A stretch of 64,000 nucleotides of DNA from Eledone cirrhosa (taxonomy: Eukaryota): positions 85,870,001-85,934,000 of the forward strand of contig OZ024741.1 in NCBI GenBank assembly GCA_964016885.1. The letters run 5' to 3'. Shown here piece by piece: positions 51,958-64,000 of the stretch; the stretch's first letter is position 1, and each line of letters starts with the position of its first letter. Both the position numbers and the translations under genes were made by a program. The notes beneath the pieces were generated by a model. It was given only the letters and a program-made list of their open reading frames with translations, was not told where the DNA came from and did no database searches.

Positions 51958-52262
51958 CAGCCATAAGGAGCCGCTAGAGTCTGTAGCATTTATCTGTTAT
52001 TTCTTCGAAGTTACATTTTAAACTTAGCTCCGTTTAAATGATTATTTATCTAGTTAATTTCTACGGACTAGGGAGAAGAAAAATTGAGTATATTTTACCT
52101 GACTGTTCTTCAAACTTACAATTTTATATAGCTCTGATTAATGATTATTTGATTAATTAATGTTTTCATTGAGCCACACCGTGAATGGTAGCCACACTCA
52201 TATATGTATCTGTGACTATGTCTAAATATATACATATATCGCTATGAATTTTTATATATACA
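51958..52262 (+). repeat. Local duplicate of the Gypsy LTR end/flank junction (42656-42960)
   Basis: Near-identical, including the terminal LTR bases aggagccgctaga; bounded by TA tracts. Confidence 0.9.
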
Positions 52263-52268
52263 TATATA

Positions 52269-52327
<59 letters not shown>

Positions 52328-52332
52328 AGTTT

Positions 52333-52559
52333 TATATATTTTTAAGGTTTCCCCTTAAAAAATTGTTTTTTTTGTTTTGCCTTGTTCCCGTTCGTTGTGT
52401 TGTCCTCTCTTTGTTAATTTTTTAAAAGTTTATATATATATTATAATATATACATGTACATATGCATATAAATATATATTATATGTACATATACATGCAT
52501 ATATATATATATACACATATATACATATGCATATATATATATATATACACATATACATA

Positions 52560-52631
<72 letters not shown>

Positions 52632-52741
52632 TATGCATATATATATATATATATACACATATACATATGCATATATATATATATTCACACATATACATAC
52701 ACATATATATATATATATTCACACATATACATACACATATT
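52333..52741 (+). repeat. Diverged duplicate of the Naiad upstream region (~47868-48302)
   Basis: Shared tttttaaggtt.cccttaaaaaattg...ccttgttcccgttcgttgtg and the same interrupted TA pattern. Confidence 0.85.
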
Positions 52742-52850
52742 TACACAAAGTAAAAGTTAGTAATAAGTATACTTATTACTAATTTTTACTTTTTCCTAAT
52801 TAAACTACTTTTCACTGGGAACAATTTGTCAGCATTTTCTTTTCCTTTTA

Positions 52851-52905
<55 letters not shown>

Positions 52906-52938
52906 TTAAGCATTTATGTATAAGTATATATATATAAT

Positions 52939-53121
52939 TGTTTCTACTTTTGGCACAAGGCCAGCAATTATGCCAGTGTATTTCTGGTACTTTATTTTAT
53001 CGACCCCGTAAGGATGAAAGGCAAAGTTAACCTCGGCGGGATTTGAAATCAGACCCAAAAGGGCCGTAACTCTTTGCTGCAAAGCATGGTGTCCGACCCT
53101 CTACCGATACTGCCAATCCAC
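52939..53121 (-). mobile_element. tRNA-derived SINE resembling cephalopod SINE families
   Basis: Minus strand A-box-like TGGCAGTATCGG and B-box-like GATTTCAAATCC, followed by gccgaggttaactttgcctttcatcc..ggggtcgataaaataaagtaccag; family recognised from memory only. Confidence 0.7.
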
Positions 53122-53203
53122 AATGCCGGTGCCTCAGAATGAACTAAGCCTGTCGTAATAGAGTAATATATACATATGCATATAAATATACACATATGCA
53201 TTT

Positions 53204-53299
<96 letters not shown>

Positions 53300-53389
53300 T
53301 AATAATAATAAATTTGAAGACTAAAATCCAAAGAGGGCTCGATAAGGATAAATATATATCAAATATATAAGAACCGTAGAGCAAATATT

Positions 53390-53632
<243 letters not shown>

Positions 53633-53691
53633 TGAACCTAATAAACCTTTATTTGTCTACCTCTCTGTTTTGTTCCCGTCTAAATTTGCAC

Positions 53692-53778
<87 letters not shown>

Positions 53779-53781
<3 letters not shown>

Positions 53782-54577
53782 AGACGTAAAATAAGAAAAT
53801 TATAAAATTAACTTACTTATTAAAATATCACTTCCAACTAATTAGTTTCTGGAATGGAGTAGATACATCTTCCGAAGAAGGTGTAGAGAAACATCCCGTC
53901 ATCAGGAAAGTCATTTCTTATATAAGTTTCCAGGCAAAGCGAGGACACTGGAAACTTATTAAAAAATAAATCAGTGAATAGGAAATAGCAAAGCGTGGAC
54001 TTAATTCCTAGCCATTGAGAAAATCACTGCCTCTGTGTCCGTGGCAAATTCAAAAAGAATCGAACACGTGACATCGAGGTCAATCGGTGGAAAGTGGGTT
54101 GTTAATAAGACAGCGGCCAGCCTACTACTGTAGCAGCAGTCATGGCCAGTATTGCCCGACAAAAGATTTGGAGATAATAATAAAGAATTCATATCTAGTA
54201 ACATATATATACATACAAATGCATATCGATGCTAGCAAATATATAGGTTTTGTCTTAATAACATTGTGGTTCAATGCATGGGGTTGCAGAACAATAATAT
54301 AAGAGACGTAAAATAAGAAAATTATAAAATTAACTTACTAAAATATCACTTCCAACTAATTAGTTTCTGGAATGGAGTAGATACATCTTCCGAAGAAGAT
54401 GTGATATTTTAGTAAGTAAGTTAATTTTATAATTTTCTTATTTTACGTCTCTTATATTATTGTTCTGTAACCCCATGCATTGAACCACAATGTTATTAAG
54501 ACAAAACCTATATATTTGCTAGCATCGATATGCATTTGTATGTATATATATGTTACTAGATATGAATTCTTTATTAT
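53779..54577 (-). mobile_element. Non-coding hammerhead-bearing unit (period 522 nt) in partial tandem with inverted 5' segment
   Basis: Direct repeats 53779-53880 and 54301-54400; 54401-54577 is the reverse complement of ~54176-54349; TA tracts at both ends. Confidence 0.8.
53830..53911 (-). ncRNA. Type I hammerhead motif
   Basis: ACTTTC-CTGATGA-CGGGATG...CATTCCA-GAAA-CTAATTAG-TT-GGAAGT; palindromic stem III. Confidence 0.8.
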
Positions 54578-54673
54578 ATATATATATCATAAATATATAT
54601 ATCAATATATATATATATAGTGCAAATTTAGACGGGAACAAAACAGAGAGGTAGACAAATAAAGGTTTATTAG

Positions 54674-54739
<66 letters not shown>

Positions 54740-54743
54740 AAGG

Positions 54744-54828
54744 GGTCTGACGAGCCGCGGATTTCAGAGTCGGGCTAGATCGAAACAGATCGAACCTTGA
54801 GCTGATCGGTGGCGAAACGCGCGTCACC
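54744..54828 (+). ncRNA. Type I hammerhead motif followed by AATAAA
   Basis: GGT-CTGACGA-GCCGC...GTGGC-GAAA-CGCGCG-TC-ACC; a 5'-clipped copy starts at 55901. Confidence 0.82.
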
Positions 54829-54875
54829 AACCAATAAACGTAATGAATGAGTAACCGCCCGTCCTTGTTTTATTT

Positions 54876-54906
<31 letters not shown>

Positions 54907-55388
54907 CCCTGTAAATATAATGTCGATCATATCACACCATCGCCACCACCATCTCAGCACACATCGTCATATGTCTACCATCCACACCCGCAACCTTATT
55001 CCCCCATGTTCCCTCTGTCTACCCTAACCTACAACCCCACGCTAAATTAGAACCTGTAAATGTACTGTCGCACACACCACCACCGCCACCACTAGATACA
55101 TCACATACTTAAACAATCATTAACACCATTAACATCATCAACACATATCATCCCTCACTCCCAGATCGACTGTGTTATATCCGCCCTCCGTCTGCCTTAC
55201 CCTGTAACCCACCGTAACATCTGATCATGTAATCATTTCGTTGAACAGTGAGTTTAGTCGTTTCATTCTATTCCACTTATAGTTTTCGGTGCGCCCGGCC
55301 GACTAAACTCACTCGATATGCACATTAGGCTGCTCAGCCGTTAATATGCATAAGGAAAGTATATACTTTCGGACGTTCAACCATCTGG

Positions 55389-55447
55389 CAGGAAGGTATA
55401 CGATGCTGACGATAGCTAATAAGCTTGAAACTAGTACATCGTTCCTG
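55389..55447 (+). ncRNA. Compact canonical-looking type I hammerhead motif
   Basis: CAGGA..ACGATG-CTGACGA-TAGCT-AATA-AGCTT-GAAA-CTAG-TA-CATCGT-TCCTG. Confidence 0.88.
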
Positions 55448-55652
55448 TGTCAGTGTTGAACAAAAAGGTGACTTGGTTGCCTAAACACTGTACGGCGTAA
55501 TTCGGGCTGTTTGTTTGTTTACAAACAAACCGAACATTATAATAAATGTTCGGTAAACCGATACGTACATATATATATGTGTGCATGTATGTATATATAT
55601 ACATACTACTATACGTCTGTATACATATATGTATGTACGTATACATACATAC

Positions 55653-55736
<84 letters not shown>

Positions 55737-55746
55737 ATATATATAT

Positions 55747-56372
<626 letters not shown>

Positions 56373-56530
56373 TACTCCAAGATAAACTTACATAGGAATA
56401 CAAGTGAAATCATAAACTCGTCATCCACGTAAACCTCTTGTTGAGTCATACAACGCCGTACGCTAAAACTATCCATGATAAGAAGTATTCACAACCTCTA
56501 ATCGGATTACCTATAACGATATCTTGTTAT

Positions 56531-56589
<59 letters not shown>

Positions 56590-56591
<2 letters not shown>

Positions 56592-57864
56592 TGACTACTA
56601 TAACTCAGCTCTAGCTAAGGCGTCCCACAGCGATAGGATCAGCTATAACCCTAAGGGACATGATCGAGATGACCCAAGGGTACCCCGGACCAATACCCTC
56701 AGGCATGAGTCGCCCACCTAATACCTCGGTGACCGGTAGTAACACTCCCAGACCCCTATCCGTCACCACACCCGGTAGAAGGTCCCGCATACGCCACCGG
56801 TCTAATACCTACAACGCTGAAGACCACTGTGCTGCGGAGCATAGGCACCCCTGCACCGGCCCCACCACCCGCCGAATCCTAATTGAGCAGGGAGGCCGCA
56901 CCTCGCAGGTTTATAGCCCCACGGTGGGCCTATATAACCCTCATGATAGTGACCGCTCCGCACACCCAAGTGACACCAACCGAGCTCGACCTGAGCTGTG
57001 CACAACCACGCGATGGACCACGGCGAACACCCAACAACCCCGCAAGAATAGGACCAGGAAGGTCACATGGTATAACCCTCCGTACTCGGTGGGTCTACGT
57101 ACCAGCCTGGCTAGAACATTCTTTAGAGTACTGGATATATATTTCCCTAGGGCCCATAAGTACCATAAAATATTCAACAAGCACATGGGGAAACTTTCCT
57201 ACTCAACCACACGCTCCGTAGCCCAGCACATTGCTGGCATAAATAGGAATATGCTCACTGCCTCTAATACCACCGTAAACCCCGGAGCCACCCAACAGAA
57301 CCAGCACGCGGGACGCATCGGAACCCGGACAGGCCCAACTAGCACACCGGAACTTAACGACCCTGTGCTGATTGCGGAGGCTACCCAGCCAACCCCGAGT
57401 GATGCTAACCACGCGGTACATGTAGTGGGGCTTAAGAAGTCATGTAATTGCAGAGACCCGTCGCTATGCCCCCTTAGTAATGAATGCATGACCAAAAACG
57501 TGGTCTACAGGTGCAAGGTCACAACCCTAACTCGGAGCACCACTACATAGGATCCACAGCGACGAGCTTCAAAGCTCGGTGGTATAACCATCGCCATTCC
57601 TTTAACAGAATAGATAAGAGGAAATGTACGGCCCTTTCTGAATTGATCTGGAAGGTCAAACTTGAAAAGACCCCGCACTCTCTGGTCTGGTCCGTGCTTA
57701 GAAAGATTCCCCCAGACAGAGGCGGGTTTGGTATTTGCAACCTCTGTCTTAGTGAGACACTCGAGATTCTTCATGGCGGAACCAAGCTATTAAACAGAAG
57801 GGCCGACTTATTCGGTGCCTGCAGACACCTAAGGACGGGAACTTTCCTCAAGCTATATGGATAA
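56590..57864 (+). pseudogene. 5'-truncated second Naiad-type PLE (thumb plus GIY-YIG), frameshifted
   Basis: YYNSALAKAS; RKVTWYNPPYS; KIFNK..KLSYSTT; CNCRDPSLCPL; NVVYRC; YIGST..FKARWYNH; CNLCLSE. Starts at a TA tract. Confidence 0.88.
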
Positions 57865-58301
57865 ACCCCGGTTACGGCCTCCCCCCCCCCTCCCCGGTAG
57901 GTCCCCTACACCCCGTACCAATGACCAATGGACAACAACAACCACCCATGGTTTGCGGTCCCTATGGTGGATGGTCCACCGGATCCTCTACTGGTTAGGA
58001 GTCATCTAAACAATGTTTTATTGAACCTGATTTTATATATATATGTATATATGTATCATGTGTATATATATGTGTATTTTATATGTGTATGTATGCGTAT
58101 TTTTTTATATATGTGTGCGTATCTGTATGTATATATTTTATATATATATGTGTGTATGTGTGTGTGTATTTGTTATATATATATATATATGTATGTTTTA
58201 CGTGTGTATATATTTTGTGTGTGTGTGTATTCTATGTATATATATATTTTTTATATTTTTGTATGTATATATTTTATATATATGTATGTTCTGTGTATAT
58301 A

Positions 58302-58339
<38 letters not shown>

Positions 58340-58981
58340 ATACTTGTGCGTACATGCATGCATATATATATATACACACCTGTATGGATTTGTGTGTGTA
58401 GATGTGTGAGTGTTTGAGGGGATAGGTGTGAGTGTATGTACAAGTGAACCAGCATAAACCTTTTATTTCTAAATTTTCTAAACTATCTAAGTATTGGACT
58501 CTAACCATTATATTAAGTATTACCACCCCACTTTTTGTATGTGTGGAAGTGTGTGTGTGTCTGTGGAGGTGTGTGTGAGTGTAGTGCAAGCCAACCTACA
58601 TAAGCCTTTTTATTTGTAAACTTTCTACTCTAACCATAATTTTCAGTAGCCCCACTCCACATAAATTCCTCAATTTAAGAATGACCTGTAGTATCTATTT
58701 CATACTATTAACCTTATTTGAAAATATATCTGACCAGGAATGCCTTTTGTGAAAATCACTCATGTGCAACTATTGTCATCTTGCCTGACGGTTTGAACCT
58801 TACAGAACCACCTGCCTCTTTGAGGTCAAATACCAACCTACTACCATCTACAAACTGACCAATGAGAATCAAGACTATTCCTGCTGACAACATTAACTTA
58901 TTCCTAACAAGCTCATATGTCCCAAGGCTCTGATACCATCAACACTATACACACAGAGCTGGCATATCTAAGAACTGACTA

Positions 58982-59039
58982 ACTGCCTGATGAGGTCATA
59001 GCCATTCAATGGCTATCATCGAAATATATATATAGCAGT
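58982..59039 (+). ncRNA. Type I hammerhead motif followed by AATAAA
   Basis: ACTGC-CTGATGA-GGTCATAGCCAT-TCA-ATGGCTATCATC-GAAA-TATATATA-TA-GCAGT. Confidence 0.85.
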
Positions 59040-59099
59040 AAATAAAGGATTATGAGTTCATGCAATTAACTTATGTTTCGTCACTATATATATATATAT

Positions 59100-59745
59100 A
59101 TAAATGAAAAATGGCGAGCTGTGTTGTTGCAAATAGGATATATATAATAAATGAAGAATTAGAAATAGAAGCCAGGAATATCCGTCATCAGTGGTCTACT
59201 AGCCATCATAGGTATTTCTTCGCATTACAGACCATATACCTCAAGCTAGGGCGATACAATAAGTAAATTAAGTTATTGGGATAAAAAGAGTTGGAGAAAG
59301 AGAGACAGGTAAACAAACACGAATGGTGAGGCAACGTAAAGAGAGGAAAGAATGAGAAAATCAAGTCAATAATTCATTTTGAACATAAGAACTTGCGAAT
59401 ATTGACGAGAAGACGAAAGACACATCTTGGTCGTGCGGATGTGAGCGAGGAAAGAATCTCGTACGGTGTGGGACGATGAAGGAAGTGAGAGAGAGGGTGA
59501 GTGAGTGAAAGTGTGAGGAAGAGGCTAGCCGAGAGGGGGTGACTAGCAGAGGGGGTGAGTGAAAGTAAGAGGGAGAATGAGAGAGAAGGGGGAGAGAGAA
59601 AGAGGATAGCAGTAAGGGAAGAGAAAAAGACAGGCCACAGCGAAGGGGAAAGCATATATGAATGAAAAATGGTGAGCTGTGTTGTTACATATAGGATATA
59701 TATAATAAATGAAGAATTAGAAATAGAAGCCAGGAATATCCGTCT
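59100..59745. repeat. ~85-bp direct repeats about 555 bp apart
   Basis: aatgaaaaatgg.gagctgtgttgtt...gaagccaggaatatccgtc at ~59103-59186 and ~59661-59744. Confidence 0.8.
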
Positions 59746-60429
59746 TAGAAACTTGCAAACGTTAGGTAGTTTTCATAGGTCTATAGTTATGCCATCAAGC
59801 CAGGAGTTTTGCTTGGTTTCTTTACTTTTAGAGCAATGTCGACTTCTTCAACAAAGAATTCAGCGATGCTTATCTCTGTGTTGTGTTCTACGTCTATGTC
59901 ACGAAGATCGTCTGCTGATAGAAATTTGTGAAAATACTCCTTTTAAGTTTCAAGGCGGTCTTCCCCTTTGATATGTACAGATTCAATATACTACATTCTT
60001 CCTCTTACCAGAAAGGACTGCAAGTTTCTTTGGTTCTGTTGTAGATATTATTCTCAAAATCAGCTTTAATACGACAGATGGTCGAAAGTAGAGCGTTGAA
60101 TTTTCTGGTGTTGCTCTACCGTAGATTTAAGGGTGTCATTGTCGGACTTATCACTGTAGGTGTGGCACTACAGGAGCGTGTTGATAGATTTTTCTCGCTC
60201 ACTGCACTATAGATAGACACAAATGAAGTATTATTTTTTCTTCAAGGATTCAAATTTATCTACAATCGTCTCATCAACAGTTGTGAGGTTGTCATCTCCC
60301 CTTAGCGCCTTCCAGCAAAGCACTTGTAATGACACCCGAACGAAACATAGACTTATTTTCCATCGATACGGGAATTTTCTAGGGAGATCCTTTGGATCTT
60401 TTCCTTTTTGTAATCTGCCTTGGTTATGT

Positions 60430-60652
60430 ATTGCATAATGTCATTGCACCATCAGATGAGATAACGCTGAAGAGTTGGCAAAATACCAAACACCCGAAGG
60501 GAGTGCTACCTGAACTAGCTTATGCAGATCACATAACTCTCATAGAAAACACCACCGATGAAGCTGAAGACTTATTACATAGAGTTCATTCATCTCAAGG
60601 CAACATCCAACCACCAAGTGCTAGAGTTTTCAGAGATTGAAAATGTAGATGG

Positions 60653-60695
<43 letters not shown>

Positions 60696-61170
60696 GTGTG
60701 TGGTGTGTGGTGTGGTGTGTGTGGGGGGAGGGGAGGGGTCAACTCTGGATACCTTCAATCAAGAAAGCAACAAAAATTAGGCTATTTAAAGCAACGGTTG
60801 AGTGCATTCTCCTCTACGGATGTTAGTCCTGGACATTAACAAAAACTCATATAAAGATGGTCAATGACACACAAGCGAATTCTGAGAAAGGTTCAGAACA
60901 CCTGGAAAGCACATACTACAAATAAATTGTTTTACAGGTCACATCCTCGCCTTTCTGACATCATAAAGCGATAGTGGCTTGCATTAGATTCACTTGTGAC
61001 ACATCACAATGAACCTGCTGGCAGAGATCTTTTCTGTAAACCAGATATGTGTAAACGAGTTGGGAGACCAAATATCACACCAACGAAATCCTCTTTGATG
61101 ACACCGGGCTGAAGGCAAAAGAACTTCACATGCTGCAGGAAGAACTTCGCCATGACACTAGTAACGAGTT
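60430..61170 (+). pseudogene. Old RTE-clade LINE RT fragment
   Basis: ELAYADHITLIENTTDEAEDLLHRV and KIRLFKATVECILLYGC*SWTLTK. Confidence 0.7.
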
Positions 61171-61259
61171 TATATGTATGTATATGTTGTTTCGACAAAA
61201 ATAAATTCGGTTGTTATATCCATCATATGTGAGGAAAAAGAAAAACAGAAAAAAGAAAT

Positions 61260-63790
61260 TAAGCAACAAAAGAAAGGGGGTGGGGACGGCGTAACAGACT
61301 ATATACACCAGTCTGAGTTGTATGTTTCACATGTGATCCGCTAAGAATGGCCAACGACAATGGATGCAACAACCACCCTACCTCACACACAGCTCTTTCC
61401 TCGGGCGAGCGGCAGTCTTCCCGATTTTGCGGAGAAAAACAGCAGTTCATGGACTGAAAACACCTGAGTTCTCGACGACGACCTGCGCGAAAAGGAAAAC
61501 GTCGGTTAGGCCCCGATATTTCGTTATCTTTCTCTCCTCTGCATTGGGGATGGTGGTGCCATTGTATGAGACCGAAGCGACAAGATTGGAGACGGAGAAT
61601 GTGTCGCAGCATGTGTCGTCATGTATTAGAGATTTACCTGCCTCGAATGAGAAGAGTTATCCCATCTAGGTGCTTACCATCACCCCCACTGGCTCCAGTT
61701 GTGATGGCATACCGGCTGCGTCGAGGCTCTTTCTTATTATTTCATTCAAAACAGCGTGTCGTGGATACCGACCTGCCCTATGGTATCAGGAAAGCGGGTG
61801 CAGACCAAACTCGTCAACAACGGCTCGATAACCGCATTTGTGCGACTCACACATGCGGAGGCCGCGGCCTTGGGCTACTCATCATCATGTGCACTCTTCA
61901 TCAAGTAGGGGACCAGTTAATGAGGATGGTACCGAAGTGAGTCATGCACCGCTGTTTAGCTACGAGTCAGAACGAGGGTTGACCTACACATAATGTTGTC
62001 CCAGCTGCGTTGGACATCTGCATACTGGGGAACGGCGAGGTCTTTATCGATCCAATCGGCCACATCTGGTTTTGCTGTCTTACGAAAGACCTCACTAATG
62101 AGGGTGCGATTGGGGGAGAATGAAGATAGGTAGGACAGCTGTGCTAGGCCAGATGAAACTCGGAGGCCAAGGTCACCGAATTTCAGAGGAGAGTCTCGCC
62201 TATTGCCAGCCGGCGCTGTCGAAACTAACATTGCAGATGAGCTCATCATAGCATTGGATGATGGCGTCGAGTTCGACGAGGCGATCCGTAAGAGGTTGAC
62301 AGGGCACACCACACAGTGTAAAAGTTCTTCGGAAGGTAGAGCACCGGGTGAGTGTCAATGAGGTGCAATCTCTCTACTATCCTCGTCAGGCCAGCATGCT
62401 TTGTTTCCAGGCACTCTCCTATGACTTTCAAGAAATTTGAAAAGCCGAGGATGTATGCGTCATCTTTCTGTGTTAACCATGCCCCAGTCAAAACAGGTTG
62501 GATGCTGAGTACGGAATCTTGAATTTCAGATTCACCGTAGCTCACATTTACCACCTTGGACTTGGATAAGTTGATCTCAAATCCAATGAGCGATAGGGCT
62601 GGGATGACTTGTTGAATGTCATCAACAACAGACTCAACCGAGCCACCCAGTGTCGCGTAATCCAGGTACTAGATATTACAGGATGAGCGGACTGAGTGGG
62701 GTGGCGAAGGGGATGCTCAATGAAGTTTCTGGCTGCATGAGCAGCTGTCCCACACCCGCACTTAACTCCTACACTGAGTTAGACAGGGTATATCTCCTCG
62801 CTTAGCTCTACCATGACTGATCTGTAAGCTGTCATGGCCGCCATCGCCGAAAGACATTTCCTACTTCAGTAGGTCGGGTGCCTCTGTTATTCTTCTTCAA
62901 CGCAGTCTGATTGGCTGAGAAAAAAAGATGACGGGAATAGCGGGGGAGGTCGGTTTGGAACAGACTGTTCGTTAGAGCAGTAATCGACCGAAGGAGATGT
63001 ACTCCCGCCTCAGTGGAGTATATCTCTAAGGGGAACAATTTGCAGGCCATCTACTCTTCTATTGCTGCTCCCTGTAAAGGATCTCAGTGCAACAATCAGA
63101 TTTTCACGGTGATGTCACTAGCAGGGACTTGGAAGTTCCTGATATCGACCAGAGAGCCCGGATGCTTAAGGATGAAAGCAGCCAGGACAACCGCTGTAGG
63201 CCGGAGTACCATGTTGCTCGAAGCCAGCGCCGGCACCGCAGCAGAAACGTCACCCCCAATTAGTTTATAATTAACTCAGTCGCGGAGACGTTTCGTAGTT
63301 GGAAGGGGACTTGTTGACACAAGTGGGCTGCAGGAGAGAAACGATGTTGCCACCAGCCTCGATGCCTGGGAGGGGACCGAAACCTCCATAGCCATCGGGA
63401 CCCCAAGTTCGAGTGTCGCACTGTTAGTGTCAAGCGCCTGGTCGATGGACGACGCTAGCGCTTCAACTGCCAGACTGCGGGCACCTTTGGGGATCCTGAT
63501 GATAACCCTCCGGGACTGCTTGAGGTGTGAAATCGCAACCAAGAATTCGTCCGGGCTGTGCAGAGTTAGTTCACCATTGAGCCGAGCTCCTCAGTCTACC
63601 TGTGGTTTCGAGGAGGTTAAACAGCGTGGGAAGTACTACCGGTCATGTTGGATGGTTGTTTTAGCGAGTGATGCTGGCGATTCTCTGCAGCAATGCCTTC
63701 GCCATTATTTCCGCGGGCCGCAGTTAAAACTTATTGCTCAGACTGGAATACAGTCTGTCACTCCGTCCACTCCTGTCCTTTCTTTCGTTG
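61260..63790 (-). mobile_element. Decayed CRE-clade (RT plus restriction-like endonuclease) non-LTR retrotransposon
   Basis: RIPKGARSLA; LFFSANQTALKKNNRGTRPTEVGNVFRR; YLDYATLG; PLKFGDLGLR; DGKHLDGITL..GKSLIHDDTCCDTF. Confidence 0.75.
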
Positions 63791-64000
63791 CTTAATTTCT
63801 TTTTCTTCTCTATCTTTTTCGTTTCCGTATTGCCATTTATATTAAACTGTTAATACAAATAAATGTTAGCAATTACGTCATTTAGTAAGTAATGTTTACC
63901 TCTTGAGAGAAATCAATAAAATTATTTTCATTATAGCAACGATGTCTTTATAACAACCCCCCAACGAGCGTAGCAAACATACAGTTAAGAGAAATACTGG

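Noticed and set aside
59103-59195. Minus-strand CTGATGA-CGGATATTCC next to a direct repeat
   Set aside because: No GAAA or stem III follows; kept only as a direct repeat.
59745-60430. Possible very old PLE endonuclease remnant on minus strand (KNVVY-like)
   Set aside because: Too decayed to support from translation alone.

Overview
Repeat-dense, AT-rich eukaryotic (animal) DNA with no recognisable host gene. A tRNA-type SINE resembling cephalopod SINEs suggests a mollusc, but this is inference. The left half is a giant imperfect inverted duplication (arms 1-~9955 and ~22816-32088; the left arm runs off the window). It encloses a decayed Helitron (Rep/PIF1) and a head-to-head pair of Penelope-like elements (PLEs). 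Also present: a full-length decayed Tx1/L1-clade LINE, a CsRn1-type Ty3/Gypsy LTR element with LTRs, PBS, PPT and a 4-bp TSD, an intact 709-aa Naiad-type PLE, a second truncated Naiad, RTE and CRE-like LINE fragments, and several MITEs. The main unexplained signal is about 10 unrelated families of minimal type-I hammerhead ribozyme motifs, read by eye. Nearly all sit in short units bounded by (TA)n tracts and arranged as fold-back palindromes or partial tandems. Two are ORF-less retrozyme-like units (about 1003 and 522 nt) whose ends lie 4-6 nt from the predicted self-cleavage site. Fold-back architecture recurs from about 120 bp to over 30 kb. All folds and alignments were done by eye and coordinates may be off by a few bases.
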